Shown here: one piece after another, positions 37,200 to 50,818 of the stretch
How positions within the stretch are numbered: position 1 is the first letter of the stretch
Layout: each line of letters starts with the position of its first letter
Source of the DNA: Geosiphon pyriformis uo1
Taxonomy: Eukaryota; Fungi; Glomeromycota
Length of the DNA: 64,000 nt
Direction: 5' to 3'
Assembly (NCBI GenBank): GCA_016748015.1
Contig: JAAOMT010000785.1
Location: 1-64,000, forward strand
Translations under genes and position numbers: made by a program
The notes under the pieces: model-generated
Told to the model about the DNA's origin: nothing
Seen by the model: the letters and a program-made list of their open reading frames with translations, nothing else
Databases searched by the model: none

Positions 37200-38484
37200 T
37201 GTTTAAATTAAATTGAAAAGTTATTATATTGTAAAATTCTTTTTTAAACTATTAATTATGATTATTATCGGATTAGTTTTAAATACTTTTACCAAACTAA
37301 AAGCCGAAGATATGGGTAAATAATTTACTTACTAAAAAGGAATATTGTCGCTAATTTCATTATTACGTAAAATTAATTTTAAAAATTGTGACCTCATTAA
37401 TAAATATATTTTTTATTTGATTCTATTTATTTGCTTTGTTTTATATTAGTTTAATTAAGTTATCGAAAATATATCTTATTTTGATTTTAAATAATATATA
37501 TGAAAAATATTATTTATATCCTCTTTACTATTTTTTTTTTTTTTAACTCTTGATGAAGAGTTACAAGCACAGGCTCCCAATAAAAATAAAATATTTATTT
37601 ATTTATTTTAAACATTCAATATATGATGTAATAAAACTAAATAATTATTTTAGGTTTTTGAATAATCAAATTTTTTGTTTTCAAACTATTTATTCTCGCG
37701 TCATTAACATAACATTTTAATCCAGTACATGTTAAATATATTTTGTCTATTTATCTTATTTTATTTTATTTTATTTTATTAGGATATTCTAACCCAATAA
37801 TAGAAAAATACTTAATTTATAATAAATGATTTCTTATGTTTAAGTTTGTGACGTAGTTAATAATTGCTTTTTATTCTACCATCCAGTTTAAAGAATCGAG
37901 TGACTCCTTGATCGATCATTATTTGAAATTCCAAGAGATGAACCATAAACTTATCCTTAACCCGAATGTATCACAAATTATCAGCATAAACTGACTGATA
38001 GAAACCCTTTTCCGCCTTATCAAAGATAAAGTGATATTTTCCGAGCAAAATGAAATTGATTTTTATTATTTTTTGATTTCTCTCAAAGTTTATCAGGTAC
38101 TTGTGTTTTTCCGAGCGCAGTTAGTTACTATTTCGAAAATTGAACTATGGGGTATCTGTTTTTGAAACTTTTTTTGTAAAATAAAACATGAATTAATTTT
38201 ATCCCGTGAAATTTACAATGCAACACATTTATGGGAAAGAGCACACTTAAAATCCTGAACATCCATTGCGTGTTAGTATGCAACTCGAGAATCATTTAAT
38301 ATCACGAACCATGCATGCAATTGAACTCTATTCTGAAAATTTTTCACAAAGTTCATTAAATTTTATAAAAGAGCAGACAGGTTTTTCAAATTTTGATTTT
38401 TTCATCCAAATCTCATAATTCATTTTAAACCGATTCTGTCAACTTGAATCTCTTGAACGATAATTCCATAAGACGATTCTCAAA

Positions 38485-38852
38485 ATGTCAAAAGTGTGAG
38501 TATGATTTATAAAGATGATTGATCAGGGTTTTGTAAATCATAAAATAGAGAAGATCTTTAGCTTTTTTAATTAAATGATCTCACATTCACAAATAAACGC
38601 AGCCCGTTAAACGTTAAAAAAGCAATCCGAGATATTTTTGAACAAGGTTTACCAGAACTTCAGAAAAAAATAGAGGATGCTACTTTGGAAAATTTTGATT
38701 TGATTGTGAACTGGGAGGAACTGGTTCCAAAGGTTAATGAAAAGTATATTGGGGAGGATCTGGTAAACAAGGTGTGTAATTTAAAGATTTATTGATTTTG
38801 TTAAGTTATGATTGACGACAAAAATATTAACTTTGTTTTCTTTGATCTATCG

Positions 38853-38889
<37 letters not shown>

Positions 38890-39675
38890 CTCACTCAAAA
38901 GGTTTTTTCATATTTCTTTTACACCACCTCTTTTATTCAAAAAAAATGCCGTGATGACGACTTGATTGGTGAAGCACTTCTCGAGGAATGCACATCACGC
39001 CGCATCGTGTTTGAGATTGTCGATAAAACCCCTGGTAAACGTGATCCTAATACGCAATTCGAGCAGGGGGTTATGTATATAAGAACAACTGCAGAAAATT
39101 TTGGAGAAAGAATTGATGAGGTGGCAGCACATTTTGAAGAGAATTTCGAAGGGTTTGAACCTACCCCCGAAACTTTTGGTGAGTAGACAATAGATTTACA
39201 ATTTTTTTAAAAAATTATGATTAAATTTCCGATTACGTTTCATTTTCAAAAAGTAAAACCAATCCAAGCTATAAAGGCTCCTCCACCAAAACCTCCTCAA
39301 ATGAATACCGTCCAAAACGTTAAATCCCAGTATGTTATACTTCGTCTAAGTCGTAACCAATCACAAGCGTGGAATGATAGTTTGACCATCGATGGCCCTA
39401 TTGAAGTCTTAAAACAATTTAAGTTTTGGAGTGAACGTAACCTTGTTCCAAATCCAAACTATCGTGAGACAGCTGAGATTTACTATCTTCAAGGACCTTT
39501 CCAGAAACAGTTGTTCATCCAAGGTTGGGATAATAATATATTGTATGATTACAGTATTACAACCATCATGGAGGTAATGGAGGGATTTGGATTTAATTTT
39601 ATGCAGATGCAATTAACTCCACAATTGGAGGTTTACATATTGAAAAGTGAGGGTAGTGCTATTAACGTCAAATAA
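38485..39675 (+). CDS. Uncharacterised protein; exons 38485-38495, 38603-38771, 38902-39178, 39254-39675
   Basis: Spliced open frame MSKVPLNVKKAIRDIFEQGLPELQKKIEDATLENFDLIVNWEEL...KKCRDDDLIGEALLEEC...; canonical GT-AG sites; (CAAT)n in intron 2. Confidence 0.8.
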
Positions 39676-40579
39676 TTATCCTTTGAATTTTATAATATAA
39701 ATTTTGAACAAGATTATGAATAATAAGATAAATAATTGTATTTGAGTAAATAAATTTATCAAAATAAAAAAGTTATATGACTTTATTTAATAGCATACTT
39801 TGGTTACTCAATCTACCCAATGAATAAATATATATATATTTCTTAAACTGCAAATTTTGTGATATCTCAATAGTTAAACTTGAAAGCTCGAATATTCTTT
39901 CTTTCTTGTAGCCTAATTAATTTAGAGAAAGAATTTAAATTGATGATAACTTTATTGCTTACCACTTAATTTACTGGTAGAAATTATCCAATATTTTTTT
40001 TTAAATCAAATATAAACAAAAATTTTTCTTTAAATATTACTGCCTTTTAAATCCTACTTTGACAAAAATTATAATAATAATAATATTTGATTTTAAGAAA
40101 ACGAAATTTATTTTATATCTTAATAGAAAATTTCGAGTTTTATAACTTTGATTTGGAGATTCCAATTTTTTAAATAGGATTTAACAAGTGATTATAAATA
40201 AAACTTGATAATAAAACTGACCGAACGAAGGAATTTGTTTCAAAATTTAAAACTATTTTTATTTGGAAGGATATTTAATTATTTTCTTTATCTTTTAATT
40301 GATCGCTCGACATAATTGGATTATTATTTTTTTTTTTTAAATAATGAGGATCATAATAAACCGATTTGCAAGTTTCAATACCCTAATAAATTTTTCCTAG
40401 GTCTAAAATAAATTTTCCCTAGGTCTAAATCTTTTCCACTTGGCTTGAAATAAAACAACAAAAATTTTTAAATATTGAAATATTCCTATTAAATCCAATA
40501 TTCCGTACTCTCTAAACTAATTAATATAATTCAAGAATAGTTTTAGGAAAAAATTTAGCTAGATAGAAATGTTTAGCAT

Positions 40580-41230
40580 TATCTCAATGATTGAACGCAC
40601 CATATTTTCGTCTTTATAACAAATCCATCGGTTACCGTAACAGAAATACCTCTTCTTTATCACATAAATTTTGGTCAGAAGCAATTCAATTTATAATACA
40701 TGGTGACAGAATAAAATGCGAAAGACAAATTTATCTTTCAAAGTAAGACGGTGAACAAGCATTATATTGGTGAGATAATAGTTTCCAATACTTTGATTGC
40801 CCGCACGAATAGGTATCAATAAGTGCAATTATGTTTAAAGTGTAAAAAATTCAGAATGGATAGAATTGAAAAGAAAAAAGTTAAAACAAAAGAAAATTTA
40901 TAAAAAACTTACCCAGGATCAATTCCATGTGTAGCTACATTAACTGGGTTATTTTTTAGTCTTTAAAATATATTTTAGCTTTTTAGCTATAACTCCTTGA
41001 GTATCAAAACATTATGAGTAAAACTGCTTCATAAACTTTTTCCCCTATAATTTATGGATAATTGACCAAATATTTTTTCTTGATAACCATTCCTGTCAAC
41101 TTAACCCGCTTGCTTGCGTATAAACTAACAATTAATCCAATGATCTCCCAATCGATGTTTAAAGTTTCAATTTTAGCCATCGATTTTCAGATATAACCAT
41201 ATTGGAGTTTTTCAAGTTAAAGAGGAAATT
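40580..41230 (-). pseudogene. Class-3 lipase pseudogene, not in the ORF track
   Basis: Minus strand gives QEWLSRKN..LVNYP, DTQGVIAKKL, VATHGIDPG then GTAAGT, IDTYSCGQ, RLTLKDKFV, IASD..CDKEEV, DENM; collinear with exons of 34213-35641; many stops. Confidence 0.85.
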
Positions 41231-42098
41231 TGAAACACTATTAAAATTGGTTTATAATAACATGTTAATAGGCTGAATTCGAAATAATTTAAAAAAGAAT
41301 TAGGAGCTGAAAATTAAATAGTCCAATATTTTTACTAGGGAAATAAAAATTGGTCAAAGAAAACATTGAGCAAAGGCAGAAAACATGCATATTTTAAATA
41401 TTCACCAATTGAACAAAGTAAATTTAACCTTTTTATATTCAGGCAAAGGCAAATGATTTTTCCTTCAGATATTTTAGCCTAAAAAAAAAGAATTTTTATC
41501 TTTTACTAATTCTTCCACAAATAGTTGATATTTTGATATCGCATCTTCTAAAAATCCGGGATATTTTTTTGAGTATATTTTCAAATTAAAATTAAACATT
41601 CTAATCATTTTAATCTTAGCTTCATAATTTCAACTGATTTGTGAAAAAATACAGCATAGTATTTAATTAAGACCCTTTCAAAGTAATAAGATAGATAAAA
41701 TTATTTGGAATGATTTAAGGAAAGTATCATCATTTTGTAAAAAGTTTGTAACGATAAAAATAAATATTTTCCCCTTTATTTGTTAGTAACCGATTCTTTT
41801 TCAAAATCAGATGATGTTGCTTGTATTGCTTTTATACGAAATATATTCGCTTGTGAATAGTAGCGACACAATAATATTAGCATTTGAAGACAATAATGAC
41901 TGATAACAGTTCAAAAAGTAGATAATACAAAACGTCGATCCAACAATGGATATAATCAAATCAACACTTTCTTGTTTGCTTGTTATTTTTTTTTTTAGCT
42001 AAACAACTCACGAAGAGAGCAAACAAATTTTGACGTGTCGAAAACTCAACTTTAAAAAGCAAGAAATAAAGATGTAAGGATAAAAATTTCAACCAAAA

Positions 42099-43619
42099 AT
42101 GTGGAGAATTCGATTCCATTTTTCAATGATCCAAAAAAATTTCAAAACCTTTTTAACCGAGACTATTAAAAAAGCATATGAACAAATTTTGAATTCGCAG
42201 CTAATATTTTTAATATTGATATTTGGATTTTTCTTATCCTGTGCACTTAAAAATATTATTATCAATCGATCAATGGATCTTACCATAGCTAAAAAATGTC
42301 ATTTAAAGACAGAAAACAACCATTCAGTCAATGTTTTTTATGAAAAACAAAAAGCTTTCACAATTTTAGCAAAACCAAAATCTAGTATAAATTGGCTGAA
42401 AGATAAATTCAAAAGAAAAATATCCAAAAAAAGAAACTTCAAAATTTCAAAAAATGAGTTAAAAAAAAGAAGTTCCAGCGGATTCAGAATACCAATGACA
42501 GATATCGAAACCTTCAAAAAATTTGAAACTTTTGCTGAAATTACCTCTTCAGCATACTGTCTAAATGAGAATAATGGAATGATTGTGGCAGGGGTTTTTG
42601 GTACCAGCTCAATTTTTCTTACCAATTTTCAAAATATATAGAAAAGAAAAATATATTTACTTGAAATCATTTTTCAGCAAATATAATTCCACGAAAAGAT
42701 GAAATTATATTGATTATTCGAGGCAAAAAAATGACTCAAACTGATTGGTTTACGAGAAGAAATAGTTGGGTGGAATACCCTGATGTCAAAGCGGGGAAAG
42801 GTTAATTTGAGTTTAGTTTTTTGTCCCTGGCAAAAATACTGAAAAATTTAACCACACTTTCTTTTATTAGTGGATGAGGATTTCTTTGAGACATTTAACA
42901 AAACACAATCTAAAATATCATCAAAAATAAATCAAGTAATTGAAAAAACTGGTGTCCACATTGTAAGAGCTTTTGGACATAGCTTAGGGGGTGGTAAGTC
43001 CTTTTCAAAATTTTATAAACTGATTTATTTCTTTCAAAAAAGATTCCCTTTTTTAATATTGCTATTTTAAACTTTATATTTAAAGTTTATGCTGTATTTT
43101 CCTTGCTTGAACTCTTGAAAATTCGAACAGATGTGGGCTTATTTGCTTATACATTCGGGCAACCTCACATTGGTGATCGAGAATTCGCCAGATATGTCAA
43201 CAGTCTTTCCGAGAAATTGAGAATTTATCGAATCATTCACACAGATGACATGGTTCCGCGAATGCCAATCAACACTTATAATACATATATGCATCACCAA
43301 GTCGAGGTTTGGATAGGTAGCTGTGATTGCAATCAAAAATATCCTGAAGTTTATTTTTGCTATGGTGAACTTTTGAAACTTGACGGATATACGATTATTG
43401 ATGAAAGCATGGTATGTCAATTGAATATTTTTTATCCGATCAAGTAATATTTTTCTATTTATTCACTTTGAATCAAAATTATAGGTTTGTAATAATCATT
43501 ATCGAAGTCCAAGGATAAATTATCATAATGGTCCATATTTTGGTTACACAATGGGTCGATGTCAAATTGAGTCATATCCTTATTTAAAAAATTCGCTGAA
43601 TTTCTTCACTTCATGGTGA
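42099..43619 (+). CDS. Class-3 lipase with intact catalytic triad; exons 42099-42600, 42678-42800, 42871-42993, 43086-43411, 43485-43619
   Basis: SSAYC, IIRG, FGHSLGG, YTFGQPHIGD, DDMVPRMP, YMHHQVEVWI, HNGPYFG; N-terminal hydrophobic segment. Confidence 0.92.
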
Positions 43620-45500
43620 TAATAAATTTGATACAGGAATTTTTATAAAGTCCCTATTAAAATCAAATCTTTTTCAAGCATCTTTTACAAATGAGAAACT
43701 CCCGATTCCACTATGAAAAATATACTTTGAATTCCAATAATTTAATTTCATTACCTTGGATAAATTTGTTTCAAAAATTTAGAAATTCAAGTTATCAAAA
43801 ATTTTAATAATAGAATTATTCTCCTATATTAATATTCAAATTTTATTTTTTACTCACTACCCTCAGTCTTTGGTAAACTTAAAATCTGCAGTATTAAGTT
43901 CGATGGGTTAAACAGCCTTTGAAAGAGTGAAGCTTATAGAAAAAAAAATCATCAAAATATACCCTATATTAATAAATGCACATAACGGTTTTAAATATTT
44001 GATTTTTTTTTGCTATTTTTTAAACAGAAGAAAAGATTTAGTAGAGAGAGATGTTAATTTCCTCTATGTGTTGGAAGTCAACCATTTCACTCCATGCCCT
44101 ATGGTTTCTATAGCTGGAATAAAGTGATATCAAAATCAAACTTTCTAATTCAATATTTCACTAGCTTAATTACTTGCTTTAGTATTGGCGAAAAGAGAAA
44201 TGTTATTTTGATTGTGTAAAACTTTTTCAATTCCTCATTACAAAGTTATCTTGAGTAAAGCAGAATTTAACCAATAAATTTTCCTTGATAAATAACATGC
44301 CAAGTCAGAAGCTCATTGAAGGTTTGTTCTTATTCTTGTCGCACTGTATTAGTAATACAACCTGCGTTAATCGTGTAATTTGGGCGTAAAAAATAGTTTC
44401 CAAAACTATCACTGTCCGAAAACTGTTACTCATGCTACGATGATAAAACTTTCCTTTATATTTGCTACACGAGTCAAATTCAATTTTTGAATCAATTTAA
44501 AGAACCAACTCTAAGATTAATAGGTGAATTAATGTGAAAATATCGTTTTAACGTAACGGAAAATTGCTTTTAAAATGACCAAGTTATTAAACATAGAAAA
44601 CTATAAGGAAATCAGAGCAAAAAAAAATTATCTTTTTTCCCCATAAAACTGAATATTTAAAGGTATCTTATTCTAATTAAAATAGAAATAAAACCTTTTT
44701 ATGGAAGACTAAAACTTTAATTGAATCGTCTAATTGCCAAGTTTATTTGTAGCAATGGTAATTATGTCGAAAATCTTGGAATGTTGTGAAATGTGTTTAT
44801 AGTTATGATCCTTTTTTTGTATCGCGTCATGGGATATCTAGTACCAGTTGAAATGTTGTTGCATTTGATTTGAAAAGGGTCTAAATCTCCAAGGTTTCTA
44901 CTTTTTAAATAAATCTTCATTAGTCCAAATCAATCAGTCATTGGTCAAGGGAAATTTATTTAAAGAAAATCATCTTTTAATTTTTCTTAATATGGAAATT
45001 TTATTTTTAATACATGTTTTAAATAGGAAGCAGTTTTATTGCAAATGCGATAATATTTAGAATTCAATTTCTTAAATTGATTATTTCTATTAAATGAATT
45101 TCGGAAGAAATGTTCAAAATCGTCTGTCATCCCCCTTTGTCTTTTCAAAAAAGTAAATATATGCACTTCTATGCAGTGAACGAAAAGAACTTTCTGTTTC
45201 AGAGAATCAAAAAGCATTTGAATATCACCTGGTTGTCACACACATATATACCCATGTTGTCTCACTTAGTTTACAAAAAAATTAAGACATAATTCTTTAA
45301 ATGATAAAATGTCATTTTATTCACCTATTATAAGTTGCTCTAAGCACACGACTTTGCCACAATTTTCATTATTTTTATGATTTCTTGACGATTTGAGGGA
45401 AATTTTTTTATTTTGACAATTTTTTGAAATTTGTCTGGTGTCCACAATTTCCTAAGAACTAGTAAAATCCTACAAATTATTTCCCTAGCGTGAGCAAAAA

Positions 45501-46989
45501 ATGGCTTCGATAAATTCGATATATTTCGACTCAGGAGATACTGGCTTCGTTCTAATTTCGACGGCATTAGTATGGTTTATGATACCGGGGGCTGGATATT
45601 TTTATAGTGGAATGGCTCATCGAAAAAATGCACTTTCTCTCATCTTATTATGCATGGTAAGCGTTGCCGTGGTTACAGTGCAAGTAAGTTGAGACATATC
45701 CAGAAGTTTTTATTCAAACGCCTTGATTGAAACAATTTTTTCAAAGTTGACAAACAAAATCTTTGACCTGTCAGTGGTTTTTTTTCGGATACAGCTTGGC
45801 TTTTTCTAAAAGTGGGAATAAATTGATCGGAGGTTTTCGCAAAGCCTTATTTCTTAATCTTGAGAAAGAAGATCCATATCCAAATACAAATATCTCAGAA
45901 TCAACCTTTGCCATATATCAATTAATGTTTGCCGCCATCACCCCAGCTCTAGCAATTGGATCAACAGCTGAACGAGCAAGAATATTCCCAACGATTGTTT
46001 TCATCTTTTTATGGACAACGTTGGTCTATGATCCAATTGCTTTTTGGGTTTGGTCCGAACACGGCTGGGCCCATGATTTGGGAAGTCTGGATTTTGCTGG
46101 TGGGACACCAGTTCATATGGCATCGGGAGCTGCTGCACTCGCTTATGCTTTAGTTTTGAAAAAAAGAATGATTGAATCGGAAGAAGGGGAACCTAAACCA
46201 AACAATGTTACAAATATTATTCTTGGGACGATCATGCTTTGGTTTGGATGGTTCGGGTTTAATGGTGGTTCAGCTTTAGGTGCAAATCCTCGCGCCACAA
46301 ATGCTATTATTGTGACAAATTTGTCAGCATCTATCGGTGGGATTACATGGATGCTTTGGGATTATCGTCTGGAAGGTAAATTTTCAGCCTTGGGCTTTTG
46401 TTCGGGTGCGATTTCTGGGTTAGTTGCCATTACTCCTGCCTCTGGTTACGTTTCGCCTCCATCAGCAATCGCCTTCGGTTTAGTAAGTGGTTTCTTATGC
46501 AACTTGGCTACAAAATTGCGAAATATCTTTAATTACGACGATGCTTGTGATGTATTTGCCGTGCATTTTGTGGGTGGGTTTATTGGGAACATTCTCACAG
46601 CTATATTCGCTCAGAATTCAATTGTTCAGTTAGATGGTCACTCAGATCCGATCGATGGAGGTTTTTTAGATCATAACTGGATTCAAATTGTATACCAACT
46701 AGCGAATTCCCTTGCTGGTGGACTCTATTCGTTCTTTGCAACACTCATGATTGTGTTGATTATGAATGAAATACCTGGGTTATCCCTTCGTGCAAGTCCC
46801 GATTCTGAAACATTGGGAATCGATCAATCAGAGCTTGGTGAATCTGCCTATTACTTTCTTGATGAATTAATTATGGCTAATGTTCAGACAGGCGAATACC
46901 ATCAAATGCCAAGAGGTCGTGTTCAAACAAATGGAAATATAAGACAAAATGATGTTGAGGATGGTAGACTTCAGCAACCGTCTCTTTAA
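45501..46989 (+). CDS. AMT: Ammonium transporter (Mep/Amt family), copy A; exons 45501-45683, 45775-46989
   Basis: FMIPG..YFYSG, FAAITPAL..AER, DFAGGTPVH, WFGWFGFNGGS, GLVAITP, DVFAVH. Confidence 0.97.
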
Positions 46990-47982
46990 AATACTAATTG
47001 TAAAAAGTGATTTTTCATTTGAATTTAGAGCAACACTATTTAGTAGCATCAGAAGTTAGTTTAATTTGTAACCAAAAAGAAATTAAGATTATTGATAAAT
47101 TTAAAACCCAAAGGAATATTAAACTTTGATAATATGATAACTGATTTTTGAAATAGTTTTAATCGCAACGGATATTCTGAGTGTGGTTTGTGAAATGTTG
47201 TAAAAGACTTCAATTAAACAATCTAAAATGTAAGTAATAAGGCTTGAGAATAATAAATGAGGCTGGCTGAAGTCATTTCGCAAGCTTTATACGACCGAAA
47301 AAGAAATTTGTTAGACCCAAAAGTTATTTTCCTTTTAAGTCTGTTTCTTTATCCAAAAACTAATGGTTTAAGAAATAAATTTATATTTGTATTTGTATTT
47401 TCAACATGGCCAAAAAGTTCTGACAAAAAAATGAATTTAAGCAATGACATTTTAATGCATTACATTAAAAAAATCTTGATAAACAAATTACATGGCATTA
47501 ATATAGTTTGCGATGGTGCTAATCCACCCTAGCCGATAAAGTTTTCAAACAGATAAAAAACCTAAAAATGAGGATCGGTTTAAAATAGTCAATAGTTTAG
47601 AGCATAATATTAATTTTTTTTTGAATGAATGTTTTAAAATTAAAAATTTCAGAACTAATCAAGTTTCGGAATTTTAAACCGAAATTTTATGCATCTGCCA
47701 GATCTACAATAGGATTATTTAAAATATTTTTCATTTAGTGCGTTAGAACTTTCTATTTTTTCATAGGTTATAAATGTTTAACCCTACCAAAGCTCCCTGG
47801 CGTTGAAGCTTATCAATAATACTTTTTTTTTTCAGAAGCTTAAATCAATTAATATGAATATACTGATGTTTTAAATCCTGGGGAACATATGATAATCATT
47901 CAAAAATTGTGGTGATAAATCATAAATGAATAGTATATTTATATCCAGGATAGTCCTTGAGAGAGAAGCTTTCCAAGTATAA

Positions 47983-49429
47983 TTAATTTTCCTTGAAAGC
48001 ACTCGACCGGTTTTGTACAACCTCAACTCCTCTTTCATTAATAGAAGTTTCTTGATTTGAGGGTTCAGGTTGAACTCGTTCACGTTGCGTTCTCGTATTC
48101 AATAGAATTACTTCATCCACAAAATCGTATGCTGATTCACCGATCTCTGTTTTATCAAGACCGCTTGTTTCATTTTCTTTCTTAACACGCAAAGAAAAAC
48201 CTGGTACGCGGTCCATTATGAAGAGGATAATGTAAGTAATCGAAAAAGAATATGCAAGGCCAGCACAAGAACCAGCAATTTGGTAAACTATTTGCTTCCA
48301 ATTTCCATCTAGCAAACCACCATCAATTTCTAACCTCCCATCAAGAGCTGCGATCGATTTCTGGGCAAATATTCCGGTGAGAATATTTCCAATAATTCCA
48401 CCAACACAATGAACTGGAAATACTTCCATAGCATCATCAAAATCAAACCAATGTTTAATATTTGTTGCCAAATTACAAAAAAATCCTCCAATAAATCCAA
48501 ATGCAATAGAAGATGAGGGACTAACATATCCAGCTCCTGGAGTAATTACTACTAAACCAGCAATGGCACCACAACAGAATCCGATTGTTGATAATTTTCT
48601 TTCAACACGAAAATCCATTGCCATCCAAGTAAGGCCACCAACAGATGCTGATAAATTTGTTACAGTGTATGCATTAACGGCTTGAGGGCCAGCAGCCAAT
48701 GCAGAACCCCCATTAAATCCAAACCAACCAAACCATAACATCACAGTGCCCAAAACAGTGTGCGAAATGTTATGCTGCCGAAATTCCTCATGGTCTTCTT
48801 GATGTCGCTTTCCGAGTATTAGGCAATAGGCTAAAGCAGCAGCACCACAAGAAATGTGTACAGGTGTGCCACCAGCAAAATCGAGAATTCCGAGTTTTTT
48901 ACCCCACCCATCTTGCGACCATGTCCAATGCGCTATGGGATCGTATACAAGTGTTGACCATATGAAAAAAAAGAAAATGGCAGGAAATATTCGACCTCGC
49001 TCTGCAGCCGAACCAATAGCTAAAGCTGGTGTTATAGCGGCAAACATGCATTGATATATTGCGAAAGTCATATCTGTAATTGAGCTATCTTGACCAATCT
49101 TGATTTTTTCGACATCGATTAGGAAAGCATTCCTTAAATTGCCAATATATGGGCCGCTATCTTTGCCATAAGTCAAGCTATACCCCCAAAAAAACCACTG
49201 TAACGAATTGAGAAGATTAATTTTGAAAAATGTCATAGTAACCAATATTAAAATTTTCTACCTGGAAAGAAACGACGGCAACCGACAAAACGCTTAACAT
49301 TATTAAAGATAAGGCATTCTTCTGACGTGAAATACCGCTATAAAAGTATCCCACTCCGGGAATCATGAACCACACCAAGGCAGTCGACAACAAAACGAAG
49401 GAAATATCACCCGAATTATAATCGGCCAT
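47983..49429 (-). CDS. AMT: Ammonium transporter (Mep/Amt family), copy B; exons 49429-49262, 49197-47983
   Basis: Same Amt signatures; starts MADYNSGDISFVLLSTALVWFMIPG; 64-nt GT-AG intron. Confidence 0.97.
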
Positions 49430-50746
49430 TTCCCGTTGACCTGAATTCGTGAACTTTCGGAAAGTAAAGAAAGGGAACCTTACCAACAGGCAGAATACTT
49501 TAAGTTTCAAAAAACCTTGAGCCGGAACAGTAAAATTTAGCTTTGTAGCCTTTTCATGTATTCAGCAGAAAGAAGGTATGTTAGACCTTGAAAAAAATAT
49601 CCATCTCAGGTTTAATTCATCGACGGTAGCACGCTTGATGCCGTATGCATATTTTAAAATGGTTAGCAAAGTCTCTGAAATGTGCTGTCTATGACAGTTT
49701 TAAACGAAAAGTGATATGTTCCATCGAACGTCGAACTTGAAATTGGATTTGTTGTTCACATCATTATATAAGCTCGAAATTTTTTAGGGACACATAAAAA
49801 TAAAGGCAAAAAATATTCACGCTGAGAATTGTGACTTTCTTAAGTGATACAAAGACAAAATCGAACGAGATCTTATACACAAAAGCGTTTGCTCATTGGT
49901 TCCCCGAATTAAAGTTACTGTTCCGCTGTGGTTAAATGCATTTCCCTCGATCATTAGGATTAGACTAACTCCAGATCTTTAAAATTAGACGCTTTAAAGT
50001 TTTGAAGTCTTGAGAAAAGTAATACCTGCCTTAAATAGCTTCTATCACATAAACTAGATACAAAATCAAAGTGATTTATTTGCTATTTATGCATAACATT
50101 ACGAAATGAATCTTGGGGTTTTTAAAGATTTCCTTTCTGGAATTCCGAATATTGGAAACGATAAATATAGCTATTTGTCTTTACGCTTTCGGATTTAAAC
50201 CAAGATTCAGTGCAGGAACCAAATATAATTTCAAAAACCGAAAGTGGCATCTTTTAACAGTCTGATTCTCGTGGTTATTGCTTATATAAGTGGTTTCTAT
50301 TACTTTTAATAATTTGCTAGAGCTAATAACTTTCAGCTAAAAACATAGGCAATTTTTGACCAATACATGCATGCAGCAATAAAAAAGTTTTTCACTTCTA
50401 AACTGACATACAATTTCTCTTTAAGAAATTTAAACTATGTTAGTAATATTGATCAAAGTTTAATTACGCTATACTTTTGATTGGTTTTCAAACTTTAAAA
50501 CATCATACATTACTTGAAAGAACTCTTTTCATAATTATTTTCTAAAATAAATAAATGCAAATTGAAAATAATAATTTTGGTTAAAAAATGCAAACTATAC
50601 TAAATTATTAAAATTAGGTCTTTTAATTGCTCTATAAAAGGGTTTAATAAAAAACTTGTAATTTCAAGTTTTACTTGACTAACTGATGTAAAGCAGAAAA
50701 ATTAATTAATAAGATTAAAAAAATTATTTTGAAAAAAATACTGTGA

Positions 50747-50818
50747 TAGCAGCGGGAGGTTTCGATCCTCCGGCCTCGGGGTTATGAGCCCCGCGCGCTT
50801 CCTCTGCGCTACGCTGCT
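50747..50818 (-). tRNA. Initiator tRNA-Met (CAT)
   Basis: AGCAGCGTAGCGCAGAGGAAGCGCGCGGGGCTCATAACCCCGAGGCCGGAGGATCGAAACCTCCCGCTGCTA: 72 nt, A1:U72 pair, consecutive G:C pairs in the anticodon stem, GATCGAAA T-loop typical of eukaryotic initiators. Confidence 0.97.

Noticed and set aside
44200-45500. GATAA motifs upstream of AMT A as nitrogen-regulation (AreA/Gln3) sites
   Set aside because: Expected by chance in such AT-rich DNA; no convincing cluster
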